64,000 bases of DNA from Turneriella sp. (GTDB lineage: Bacteria > Spirochaetota > Leptospiria > Turneriellales > Turneriellaceae). The number at the start of each line of letters is the position of its first letter. Within the stretch, counting starts at the first letter, position 1. The position numbers and the translations under genes are program-made. The notes beneath the pieces are model-generated. The model searched no databases. It saw only the letters and a list, made by a program, of their open reading frames with translations, and was not told where the DNA came from. Shown piece after piece: positions 42,039 through 49,655 of the stretch. The DNA is taken from contig CBDIID010000003.1 in assembly GCA_965279515.1 (NCBI GenBank), positions 256,001-320,000 of the forward strand, in the 5' to 3' direction.

Positions 42039-42362
42039 ATGTCGCCAAGGCATGTAGAGCGCGCACCGTATTTCCGGGATCGTACAAACCGGCAATATTA
42101 TCGTCGGCCGGGGGAATCCGGGAACGGTTTTTTCTCCCGATTTATGCGGGATACGTTGCGCCTAGACAGTTTTGAGGCACGTCGTCAAGGTCGGCGGCCG
42201 TATGGTGGGAAAAGTGTTCAGTACGTAGGGTGGCTTGACTGGTGCCGCCTTACTAGGTCGGTACATCCGAACGACTGGCGCCGAGTAAAGCAATATGGCT
42301 TCCGTGCCCCTGATGGCAATATCTACAAACTACGAAATCGCTATGGCGTGGTACGGCGTTGA
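42039..42362 (+). CDS. Prophage Arg-rich hypothetical protein (start uncertain)
   Basis: First ORF inside the element; very basic. Confidence 0.45.
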   Translation: MSPRHVERAPYFRDRTNRQYYRRPGESGNGFFSRFMRDTLRLDSFEARRQGRRPYGGKSVQYVGWLDWCRLTRSVHPNDWRRVKQYGFRAPDGNIYKLRNRYGVVRR

Positions 42363-42363
42363 A

Positions 42364-42513
42364 ATGCAACGTTGGGGCGGGGGTAGCTGGATTACGATCA
42401 GCGTGCTCGCCGAGAATGCGGGGCACGCCTGTATGAAGGCTGAGCGCCGAAGGCCGGGCTACATAGCGATGTCAGTAGAGCGTGGAAATACTTATAAAAG
42501 GCGGTTTCGATGA
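42364..42513 (+). CDS. Prophage small hypothetical protein (49 aa)
   Basis: ATG 1 nt after the previous stop; ATGA overlap with the next ORF. Confidence 0.5.
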   Translation: MQRWGGGSWITISVLAENAGHACMKAERRRPGYIAMSVERGNTYKRRFR

Positions 42514-42755
42514 AAATAATGGAAGATGAGACAGGTACTGGTGTGACCATTATCATGGATCAAAGTAAAAAGTCTGATACTCTTTTTTATGCGATGGGAA
42601 TATCCCTCGTGATAAAAGGTGCGCTGGCTGATGGATTTACGCAGGTTTTTGTGAATACAAAACCTGACCGGGAAGGTAACGACCGTGTGTTGTTGTCATT
42701 CCGGAAACCTTCGCCGCGTCCCGAAGGGGAACAGCGGGGGGAACAGCATGGCTAA
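42510..42755 (+). CDS. Prophage hypothetical protein (81 aa)
   Basis: Translationally coupled at both ends. Confidence 0.65.
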   Translation: MKIMEDETGTGVTIIMDQSKKSDTLFYAMGISLVIKGALADGFTQVFVNTKPDREGNDRVLLSFRKPSPRPEGEQRGEQHG

Positions 42756-42966
42756 TTTTTGTATTTATGTCAGTACGTCCGAGGGCAAACGAATTGTTCG
42801 CGGTACTGCGCTGACTGTGCCTGAATTTATGGAAAAAGTTCAGGCCCGATTTACACCTGAGAAGATTCGCAGCGAAGGTGTTTATGAAGAAATGGATCTT
42901 GATGAGACCCCGGCGATTCATGCCGGTGTGACAACACGCAAGATTCGTGCGAAGAAAGTGGATTAG
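42748..42966 (+). CDS. Prophage hypothetical protein (72 aa, MANFCIY...)
   Basis: G-rich RBS before ATG 42748; overlaps the previous stop. Confidence 0.65.
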   Translation: MANFCIYVSTSEGKRIVRGTALTVPEFMEKVQARFTPEKIRSEGVYEEMDLDETPAIHAGVTTRKIRAKKVD

Positions 42967-42989
42967 GCGGAAGGAAAAGGGAAAATGAA

Positions 42990-43217
42990 ATGGCTTGGTA
43001 CGGGAAAAGATATGGTGGTTATCGACCGCGCAAGAGGTTTGTCGTGAGACGCTTTTTTGGCGGTCGTCGGCGTCGGGGTGGTGGGTCACCCATGGCGAAG
43101 CGTCGCGCGTTTTTTTGGGGTGGCATCCTGATGATTTTCATCATGATGTGTGCCCCAAATGTTCGCGCATGGATCGTTGCGAAGTTCTCGCAGTGGTTCC
43201 CCAGCTGGAGGGCATGA
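42990..43217 (+). CDS. Prophage Arg/Gly-rich protein with a TM helix (candidate genome-binding membrane protein)
   Basis: KRYGGYRPRKRFVVRRFFGGRRRRGGG followed by hydrophobic FFWGGILMIFIMMCA. Confidence 0.7.
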   Translation: MAWYGKRYGGYRPRKRFVVRRFFGGRRRRGGGSPMAKRRAFFWGGILMIFIMMCAPNVRAWIVAKFSQWFPSWRA

Positions 43218-43218
43218 G

Positions 43219-43920
43219 ATGTATCAGTATAATCGGGAACTGAATGCGGTTGCGATGGCCGCTGGTCAATATCAGTTTGATGTTGAAAAGCAGCTTGTTT
43301 CTAAAATTGCCATTGGTCTGCGTTCCACTGGATCACCTCCGGTAACGCCGACTGTGGCTCAGCTGAAGGCAACTTTTTTCGTTGCTCGCCATATTGCTCC
43401 CGGGGTCGACCGCGAGCTGTATAATATTAGCCTTTATGATCTGGCTATGCTTACAGACGAAAAAGGTGGTTATTCACGTGATTGGACGGATACGGATTTA
43501 TCGGACACGAATATTGTGGCACCGTTTGGACTTGATCTTCGTCAGGAAGGAAAAATCCAGTGCTATATCAGTGTTCCGGCCACGATCGCTAACTGCGCTA
43601 TATCTGCCTACCCTGTGTACGATGGCCAAATGCCTACAACGCTTGCGTACCGTACGCAGACGACGTCTGGAAGCTGTTCTATCAGTAATTGCTTCCGGTT
43701 GTACTCGCGGGACGAGTCGGGTACTGAGCTTGACCTCAAGGTGGGGGATTTCTCTAAGAAAGCCATTGACTTTCTTATGGGAAAGATCCTTTTCAGTGAG
43801 CAGGCCAAGATCGAGAACGAAACGCCGTTCGCGCTGCTTTATTCGAGTCCATCACCGTATTTGGTGAAGCTCGACCGTATGGCGGGCAGTTGCACGTTTG
43901 TTTCTGTGGAGCTTCCATAA
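43219..43920 (+). CDS. Candidate major capsid protein (double-jelly-roll-like, 233 aa)
   Basis: RBS GGAGG; beta-rich, no TM segment; strand-strand-helix pattern (ELYNISLYDLAML) reminiscent of PM2-type MCPs. The fold assignment is inference. Confidence 0.55.
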   Translation: MYQYNRELNAVAMAAGQYQFDVEKQLVSKIAIGLRSTGSPPVTPTVAQLKATFFVARHIAPGVDRELYNISLYDLAMLTDEKGGYSRDWTDTDLSDTNIVAPFGLDLRQEGKIQCYISVPATIANCAISAYPVYDGQMPTTLAYRTQTTSGSCSISNCFRLYSRDESGTELDLKVGDFSKKAIDFLMGKILFSEQAKIENETPFALLYSSPSPYLVKLDRMAGSCTFVSVELP

Positions 43921-44579
43921 TGTTGATGCCGGGCGGTAGTGAGGGGCCGAATTCTGATGTTATTATTCGTGATTTTTACGAAGATCAGAAAACGGCGTTA
44001 AGAGCTACCGCTCGGAATCGTGCGGACGCTGACCGGAAGGTTCGGGAATATGAAGAATTCATAGAGGCTAGGCGTTCCACGCTGGAGTCCGCCCAGGTCG
44101 CGCAGTGGGAGAGGGAAAAGCAAGAAAGAGAAGCAAAGAATAAAGCCGCGTCTGGGGAATCTTTCATATCCAACGCGGGTGGCCTTCTTGGAAAACTCTG
44201 GGATGGCATTGTGGGTAATTATACCGGTGGTGCCCTTTCTTCAGATAGCCTGAAGAAATACGGCAAGAATGCGGTTGGGGTGTCGGATTTCGATGCTCCG
44301 AAGGTTGATATCCCGAATTTCGATTTTGAAGGTTTCAAAGCGAAATCGGCGGCCGCATCCAAAGCAGCTGCTAACGCGGAACTCAGGGCTGCGGGCGGTG
44401 GTACGGCCAATTATGGGTCAGGGGCTATTGCCATGACGAAAGAGGTTAAGGAATTTTCAGATTCGTTTACGAACGGTATCGACAAGAGTCGTATCGGATA
44501 TACGTTGCCGAATTTGAGCCTTCCTGATTTTGATTTTATGGGTGGAGCTCAGCAAGTGAGGGATTTTTATGAACTTTAG
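43920..44579 (+). CDS. Prophage coiled-coil and Ala/Gly-rich protein (DNA-pilot/tape-like candidate)
   Basis: TAATG coupling; charged coiled coil, then amphipathic GGLLGKLWDGIVG. Confidence 0.65.
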   Translation: MLMPGGSEGPNSDVIIRDFYEDQKTALRATARNRADADRKVREYEEFIEARRSTLESAQVAQWEREKQEREAKNKAASGESFISNAGGLLGKLWDGIVGNYTGGALSSDSLKKYGKNAVGVSDFDAPKVDIPNFDFEGFKAKSAAASKAAANAELRAAGGGTANYGSGAIAMTKEVKEFSDSFTNGIDKSRIGYTLPNLSLPDFDFMGGAQQVRDFYEL

Positions 44580-44826
44580 TATGGGCAGTTTGAATTCGCT
44601 TCTTTCGGGAGCGAGCGAGATATCAGGATCGTTCGGTGGGCCGACGATACCTGGGGCTACGCCGCCGCCTCCGCCGCCACCAGCGGTGCAGGCTGTTACG
44701 CCGCGTGATTCGGGCGCCGACTTTGGCGCGGGTACTTATGCCGCTGGTGCGGGCGTATCATTGGTTGCGTTGTATCTTGGATACAAGGCTCTGCGGTATT
44801 TCGGTGTTATTCCGAAGGTAATATGA
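44569..44826 (+). CDS. Prophage small membrane protein with a poly-Pro linker
   Basis: Run of 7 Pro, C-terminal TM AGAGVSLVALYLGY and a basic tail. Confidence 0.7.
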   Translation: MNFSMGSLNSLLSGASEISGSFGGPTIPGATPPPPPPPAVQAVTPRDSGADFGAGTYAAGAGVSLVALYLGYKALRYFGVIPKVI

Positions 44827-44957
44827 TCCGCAAAATACTTGCTGGGATTTTGAGGTTCATTCACAATGAAGCGTTGTTGCTTAAGCTGGCTGATTATTTG
44901 GAACAGCCTTCTTTGGATGAATCCGTGGGGCAGCCTGATGGCCAAGAAGCTTCTTAA
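44823..44957 (+). CDS. Prophage small protein (44 aa, MIRKILAGILRF...)
   Basis: ATGA-coupled ORF that fills the gap before the peptidase; amphipathic N-terminus. Confidence 0.55.
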   Translation: MIRKILAGILRFIHNEALLLKLADYLEQPSLDESVGQPDGQEAS

Positions 44958-45579
44958 GAACGTTGAGGCCCCGGCTGGCCTTCGGGATATTATTCTGGAG
45001 GAGTATGAAGCTTACAAAGCTTATCGGGGCGCCGGTGCGCCTGATCAATTATTTAGTACTTTTGCCGCTTCGTCTGGAACTGGCGTTCCCTCTCATGATG
45101 CTGGTAAAGCTATTGATATTGTTACTGACGGTTACGATAGCCGCCCTTATCTTTTTGAATTTGGGATTTGGCTATTTGTTAAAAGACCGGACCTGAGCGT
45201 TTACTTCTATTCGATGCAGTATGAACCGCATGTTCATATTGGGCAGGTTTCTGGGTTTGGAAAGGGATCTTACCTAGCCGTGAACAAAGGTGCAAAGGGT
45301 AAGTTCGATATTTATCCGCGTGCCCAGGTCGCCGGCAAAGCTTCGGATATAATCGGAAAGCTGAAAGCGGCGCGGGAAACTTATCCTGCGGGTGTAAATG
45401 TGGATTGGCCTACCTATCAGGCCATGCTTGAGGGGAAGGTCCCTGTAGGGACGAGTAATTGGAAACAGTATTTGAAAAAATACTGGTGGGTTGGATTATT
45501 GAGCTTTTTGGCTCTTGGAATCGGTTTTTTTATTTGGAGATCTAGGAATCAGGAGGAAACTGAAGATGGAATTGCATGA
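44938..45579 (+). CDS. Membrane-anchored M15/LAS-type zinc peptidase (candidate peptidoglycan hydrolase)
   Basis: SHDAGKAID (HX6D) and PHVHIG (HXH) motifs; C-terminal TM WWVGLLSFLALGIGFFIW. Confidence 0.75.
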   Translation: MAKKLLKNVEAPAGLRDIILEEYEAYKAYRGAGAPDQLFSTFAASSGTGVPSHDAGKAIDIVTDGYDSRPYLFEFGIWLFVKRPDLSVYFYSMQYEPHVHIGQVSGFGKGSYLAVNKGAKGKFDIYPRAQVAGKASDIIGKLKAARETYPAGVNVDWPTYQAMLEGKVPVGTSNWKQYLKKYWWVGLLSFLALGIGFFIWRSRNQEETEDGIA

Positions 45580-45664
45580 TGTAGGTTTAAACGAGTTGCT
45601 TCTCGTAGTGTTTAACCTGATCACCACAGTGATCGCGTATTTTCGTGGTAAAAAATCTAACTGA
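45566..45664 (+). CDS. Prophage 32-aa single-TM protein (MELHDVGLNELLLVVFNLITTVIAYFRGKKSN)
   Basis: Strong RBS AGGAGG at 45551-45556; TGATG coupling to the next gene. Confidence 0.65.
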   Translation: MELHDVGLNELLLVVFNLITTVIAYFRGKKSN

Positions 45665-46140
45665 TGAAGTGGGTTTGGACCGCGTTGATTGGCCTTGTTG
45701 GCTGGTTAATTTATGATTGGCTCCGGGATAAACCCGGGGCTGTTTCCAACTCGGTGCAGGATTCTGCAGACATGATGGGGGCCGTGGCAGACGGTATCAT
45801 TGAAAAGCAGAATGCAAAGAAGCCGAAGAAATGGATTTGGCTTTTGCTTGGCTCTGTCCCTGTTATCGGGACGGGTCTTTTTTTCCTATTCAGAAAAAAG
45901 AAGCCTATGAGTAATCTGTTTAATTTGGGTTATTTGGGTCAGAAGGCTCCGGCAGGATCGGAATTTGATTCTCGATACTTAGCAGGATGCGCGAAGGCAC
46001 GGCGGGAGAGTTTGAAGATGGATTTCGCTAAGACTCAGGGCGCAACGGTCGCCGGCTTACCGATAGAGAGTGTGATGGCCACTTTTGGCAAGAAGAAGGT
46101 GTACGATGAAGGTAATTTCAGAAAAGCTCAGCGGTACTAG
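45664..46140 (+). CDS. Prophage membrane protein with two TM segments
   Basis: WVWTALIGLVGWLIY and WIWLLLGSVPVIGTGLFFLF, each flanked by basic residues. Confidence 0.7.
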   Translation: MKWVWTALIGLVGWLIYDWLRDKPGAVSNSVQDSADMMGAVADGIIEKQNAKKPKKWIWLLLGSVPVIGTGLFFLFRKKKPMSNLFNLGYLGQKAPAGSEFDSRYLAGCAKARRESLKMDFAKTQGATVAGLPIESVMATFGKKKVYDEGNFRKAQRY

Positions 46141-46573
46141 AAGCTTCCGTGGCTTGGGCTTTGTTGAGATAAATGGGATTCAGTATCCCGTTTGTGGTTC
46201 TCGACAGTTTGAATGTGGTAGAAAGGCGACGGTGCGGTACGTCGATGAGCAGATAGAAATGTTGGAAGTGTTGGAACCGACAATGCTCGCAGTTTTTCCC
46301 GGGAGCTTAGAGGGGTTCCCTATTGCAACGAACGGTAGAGTTTTTGTCACGGTGGACAAGAAATATTCTCTTTATAGGGGACTGCTCGAAGGCATATGTT
46401 TGGGCGGTATTTCGGACGGTGCATCGACGATATCTGTCGTACCGCCGCTTTTTTTGAACTCACGTTATATATATGGCGCCGGAAGGATCGATCAGTGGAA
46501 CCCGGATTTCCCTGTATGGGATTCAAGCTTTGATTTGGCCTGGGATTTTGACGCTGTATCGATGCGTCAATGA
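46106..46573 (+). CDS. Prophage beta-rich protein (candidate penton/minor capsid)
   Basis: Start MKVIS; no TM segment; ATGA-coupled to the next gene. Confidence 0.6.
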   Translation: MKVISEKLSGTRSFRGLGFVEINGIQYPVCGSRQFECGRKATVRYVDEQIEMLEVLEPTMLAVFPGSLEGFPIATNGRVFVTVDKKYSLYRGLLEGICLGGISDGASTISVVPPLFLNSRYIYGAGRIDQWNPDFPVWDSSFDLAWDFDAVSMRQ

Positions 46574-47265
46574 TCGTTGGCAATCGATCATTGATACTGC
46601 CGGTTTCGGAGGCCGGTTGGGATAGGCTTTGGTCCCCGCCTGTTCGCAATTTCTCTTATCCGGATTCACGTGCTGGATTAATTCAAGGTTGCGTTGGGGA
46701 CGTGCCGGCGAAATCCGATATTACGCCGTATCTTGCGGGGAATGTATGGAATTCTGTCCAGATTTTAAGGTATAATCCGCCCACGAGTGTAGCGCTGACG
46801 CATGAGTATGGCAATACGTTCACGGGATCGGCGTGGACGCACGACGGTGATTTTCGTGACATGGCAGGCGCTGCGATATTTCCGGCTCCGCTGAATAATT
46901 ATCAGCGGGCGTTTGGCACGTTTGCAAATATTGGTATAGATCCGGATGAATCCGGAAAACCAGCCGCGAATTCGTTTAGTTATTTAATAAAATACAATCT
47001 TCAACGCGGTGGGTTCGTGCAAGTGTACGAGTTTGAAGAAGGGGCAGACGGCATCGTCTCCGTATCTATTCAAGGTGGTGTTGCTTCAGCCGTTAAGGCA
47101 CTTCGGATTTCCGATGGTTCATGGCAGGTTATCTCAGAAGGTGGAATGCTGCTGCCGGCGGGTGGTGGCCAGTTTTGGTTAAACGCCTCGTGGACGTCCG
47201 GTGTCGCGGCTACGCAAATGATTGCGCGACTGCGGTTTAGCGTAGAGGTTCCGTATGGCTTATGA
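46570..47265 (+). CDS. Prophage beta-rich protein (candidate spike/receptor-binding)
   Basis: 231 aa, rich in Gly/Ser and aromatics; overlaps the rep start. Confidence 0.65.
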   Translation: MIVGNRSLILPVSEAGWDRLWSPPVRNFSYPDSRAGLIQGCVGDVPAKSDITPYLAGNVWNSVQILRYNPPTSVALTHEYGNTFTGSAWTHDGDFRDMAGAAIFPAPLNNYQRAFGTFANIGIDPDESGKPAANSFSYLIKYNLQRGGFVQVYEFEEGADGIVSVSIQGGVASAVKALRISDGSWQVISEGGMLLPAGGGQFWLNASWTSGVAATQMIARLRFSVEVPYGL

Positions 47266-48010
47266 TTTGGCCGACGAGGCCGAGTCCTATTATTTCGATC
47301 AGTCTTTGAGCCCGGTGGTTTTGGATTATCCAAACGGCCGGGAAGTCTATTTTGAGGCAGCTCGAAAAAAAGAAGTCTTTGGTGGGGGGAAACGTGGAAA
47401 AGTCTTTTCAATGTCCGCTGCGGCGGTCAGAAGGTTCCGGCAGGCGCTTCGGCGAAGTGGTGCGAAATTTTCGCATTTCGTTACAGTCACTTTTCCGCCT
47501 GAGGTTCTTGGGATCGATGAGGATTGGCCCAGGTATGTCCGTAAGTTTTGGCAAAAACTTGCCGCCGAATGTCGCAAGAGGGATATTACGTATTTGTGGG
47601 TACGCGAGCCGCACAAAAGCGGACAACCACATTATCACATTATATGTACGAAAGGGCCGTTATTTCGGTTACTTGCGAATCGCATCATATCGGAGGGGAC
47701 AACCCGGGAGCGTGGACGACTTAACCTCCGGGTGGGTGTTCTGTGCAAAGCAATCTATCACGAAGGCGGTGCTGCGCGCTATATGTCAAAACTCGCCGGC
47801 TATTGCAGCAAGGAATCGCAGGTATTGCACGAGGAATCGTATCGTCATTGGGGCCGAAACTACGATGACGAGCTCCCAGACATCTACGAAGCAACTGCCG
47901 CTGTTTGCGACTGGGTAAGAAGCCAATATGATCGGCTGTATGCTTTTAAATTTCCGCGATTACTGCAGGTGCCGCGGGGTCTCCCCGTGGGGCCGGCGCT
48001 TTACTTTTAG
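47255..48010 (+). CDS. rep: HUH-superfamily rolling-circle replication initiator
   Basis: Motif I FVTVTF, YLWVRE...PHYHII (motif II HUH), motif III YMSKLAGYCSK. Confidence 0.88.
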   Translation: MAYDLADEAESYYFDQSLSPVVLDYPNGREVYFEAARKKEVFGGGKRGKVFSMSAAAVRRFRQALRRSGAKFSHFVTVTFPPEVLGIDEDWPRYVRKFWQKLAAECRKRDITYLWVREPHKSGQPHYHIICTKGPLFRLLANRIISEGTTRERGRLNLRVGVLCKAIYHEGGAARYMSKLAGYCSKESQVLHEESYRHWGRNYDDELPDIYEATAAVCDWVRSQYDRLYAFKFPRLLQVPRGLPVGPALYF

Positions 48011-48402
48011 CGCGCCGCACAATAATCCCCCTGGCTGAACAAGCAGGCCGGAGGCCGCACGTTTACGCGGCGAAAAGTGCCGTCTGCAGACGGATGTCTG
48101 CTTGCACGTCAAAAATCGTCGATCTCGATTTTGTTACAGGGCTATGCGTAGCCCTTTTTGCGTTTTGCTGCAGCAAAACGCGGGGGGTCCGGGGGGGCGA
48201 TAGCCCCGCCCGGGGGCGAAGCCCTTGGTTATAGACACATATTGAAGTTGACCTACTGAAAACATTGGGTTTTCTTGTCTTATGGGAATAGCAGAAGCAA
48301 TATTCATAATTGGTATCTGGGTTGGATCGAACGGAATCGTGTTTTGCGTCGCTGCGGAACTCTCCGGCAACTCGTTTTGTGTGTTTTAACAAAAAAAAGT
48401 TG
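48011..48402. other. Prophage non-coding region, candidate origins and terminator
   Basis: Hairpins at 48086-48101, 48138-48155 (plus T-run), a 22-bp palindrome at 48160-48181, 48194-48207 and 48214-48224. Confidence 0.6.
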
Positions 48403-48430
48403 ACGAGACATAAGATACCTTATGGGAAGT
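48403..48430. other. attR: intact-looking dif-like XerCD site
   Basis: ACGAGACATAA-GATACC-TTATGGGAAGT has the 11-6-11 architecture with the CATAA/TTATG inverted core. Confidence 0.82.
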
Positions 48431-48453
48431 TATGCATTCCCGAGGCAAATGGC

Positions 48454-49590
48454 TCAGGGCGCTTGATTAACCGGTATCGCTTTAATCTGATAAGCGAAAT
48501 AAATGAAAAATAATATGTTTATCGGTACCTGTACATACGCCTTACACCAGTCTTGATTATAGATTAGCGTGACCAGAGAAAACAGTACTAGCACTGCTAA
48601 GTTCGGCCAACTGCTCTTTTGAAATTTCAAACGGCTGAGCATAAAGAAAAATACCGGAATCAGAAGAAATGCCCAATAAGGCCAGACTATTGGCGTGAGA
48701 ATACCCGAAATTCCCAGGCCATACGCATATCCTTCAAGCTTCTGCGTTCTTTTTATGCTCAGAAATAAAAGCCCTGCGGCGGCGGCGGTCATGAACCAAA
48801 AGATAAAGGCCAGACGTTGACTGAAGCCAAGATGCAGCAACCAACCGATCAGCGATTCGTTGTCCCGATGTCCCAACAGCCCTTCAGAAGATTTAGTCAG
48901 GCTCTTTAACCATGCGCCATTTTCAACGGTTGAGAATTCCCAGCCGGAATAAAGCGCGGTAACGCCGTAACTAATGATAATTAGCCAGACCGGAATCAGC
49001 AACAACCCTAGCCAGCGCCTTTGGATCAGAAATATCGGTGCGATAAAAAGAAAATGCAATTTGAATAAGATTGCCAACGCAAGGCAAAGCGCGGCGAGAA
49101 CCTGGGAAAATCGGGTTTCCGCGTTCAATAGTACATATGTCCCAAGGGAAAGAATAAGCGGCAGACCATTAATTTGCCCTAGCCTAAGTTCATCCCGAAT
49201 ACTTACAATAAAGACCAATGAAGTTATGATTTTTCCCTGGAATTCTGAAATTGTGCCATCAAATGAAAAATATTTCGGCAAAGCAAAAAATATCAGCCAA
49301 ATCCAGGCGGCCGTAAAAAGAAAATAGAAAATCCAAGGCCGCGCTTCCTTAGGGCAAGGAGTAATAATCGCACCAAAAAACAGCGCCACGGAAGGCGAAT
49401 ATTTGAATTGATAGTGATTTTCCACATCGAAAACCGTTTTGTGATTTATTGCTTTGGCCCCGGCCTCTTCGTATACCCTAAAATCGTCGAAAACCGGCTT
49501 GGAATTTAAAAACATGGTAAATACATACACCAAAACGAGGCCAGAAAGAATAAGAAATCTCCGTTGCTTGCTAAGAACCATATTGCCCAT
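48454..49590 (-). CDS. GT87/DUF2029-like membrane glycosyltransferase
   Basis: DFRVY, FKYSP, GQIN, ILFKL and NESL; multi-TM. Confidence 0.82.
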   Translation of the reverse strand: MGNMVLSKQRRFLILSGLVLVYVFTMFLNSKPVFDDFRVYEEAGAKAINHKTVFDVENHYQFKYSPSVALFFGAIITPCPKEARPWIFYFLFTAAWIWLIFFALPKYFSFDGTISEFQGKIITSLVFIVSIRDELRLGQINGLPLILSLGTYVLLNAETRFSQVLAALCLALAILFKLHFLFIAPIFLIQRRWLGLLLIPVWLIIISYGVTALYSGWEFSTVENGAWLKSLTKSSEGLLGHRDNESLIGWLLHLGFSQRLAFIFWFMTAAAAGLLFLSIKRTQKLEGYAYGLGISGILTPIVWPYWAFLLIPVFFFMLSRLKFQKSSWPNLAVLVLFSLVTLIYNQDWCKAYVQVPINILFFIYFAYQIKAIPVNQAP

Positions 49591-49655
49591 TCATTTTATC
49601 CCTTTCAAGAACATTTGCCGTCGAAGTTAGAAGGTAAAGTATATTTCGGGGGATT

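Larger units (their letters stand above)
42011..48419 (+). mobile_element. Integrated small rolling-circle (probably ssDNA) prophage, 6,396-bp unit, at a dif-like site
   Basis: 13-bp terminal direct repeat, HUH Rep, co-oriented overlapping small ORFs, T-ending codon bias unlike the host, M15 peptidase, hairpin-rich non-coding region. Confidence 0.88.

Noticed and set aside
47352..47918. 188-aa alternative-frame ORF inside rep
   Set aside because: Overprinting occurs in small phages, but there is no clear RBS or motif support, so it is left uncalled.
42011..48419. Classification as a filamentous inovirus
   Set aside because: Size, Rep and dif integration fit, but no Zot/pI ATPase with a Walker A motif is visible and a peptidoglycan peptidase is present. 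Not fully excluded without profile searches.
42011..48419. Classification as a Microviridae prophage
   Set aside because: No ORF approaches the size or motifs of the F/VP1 capsid, and there are many TM proteins.
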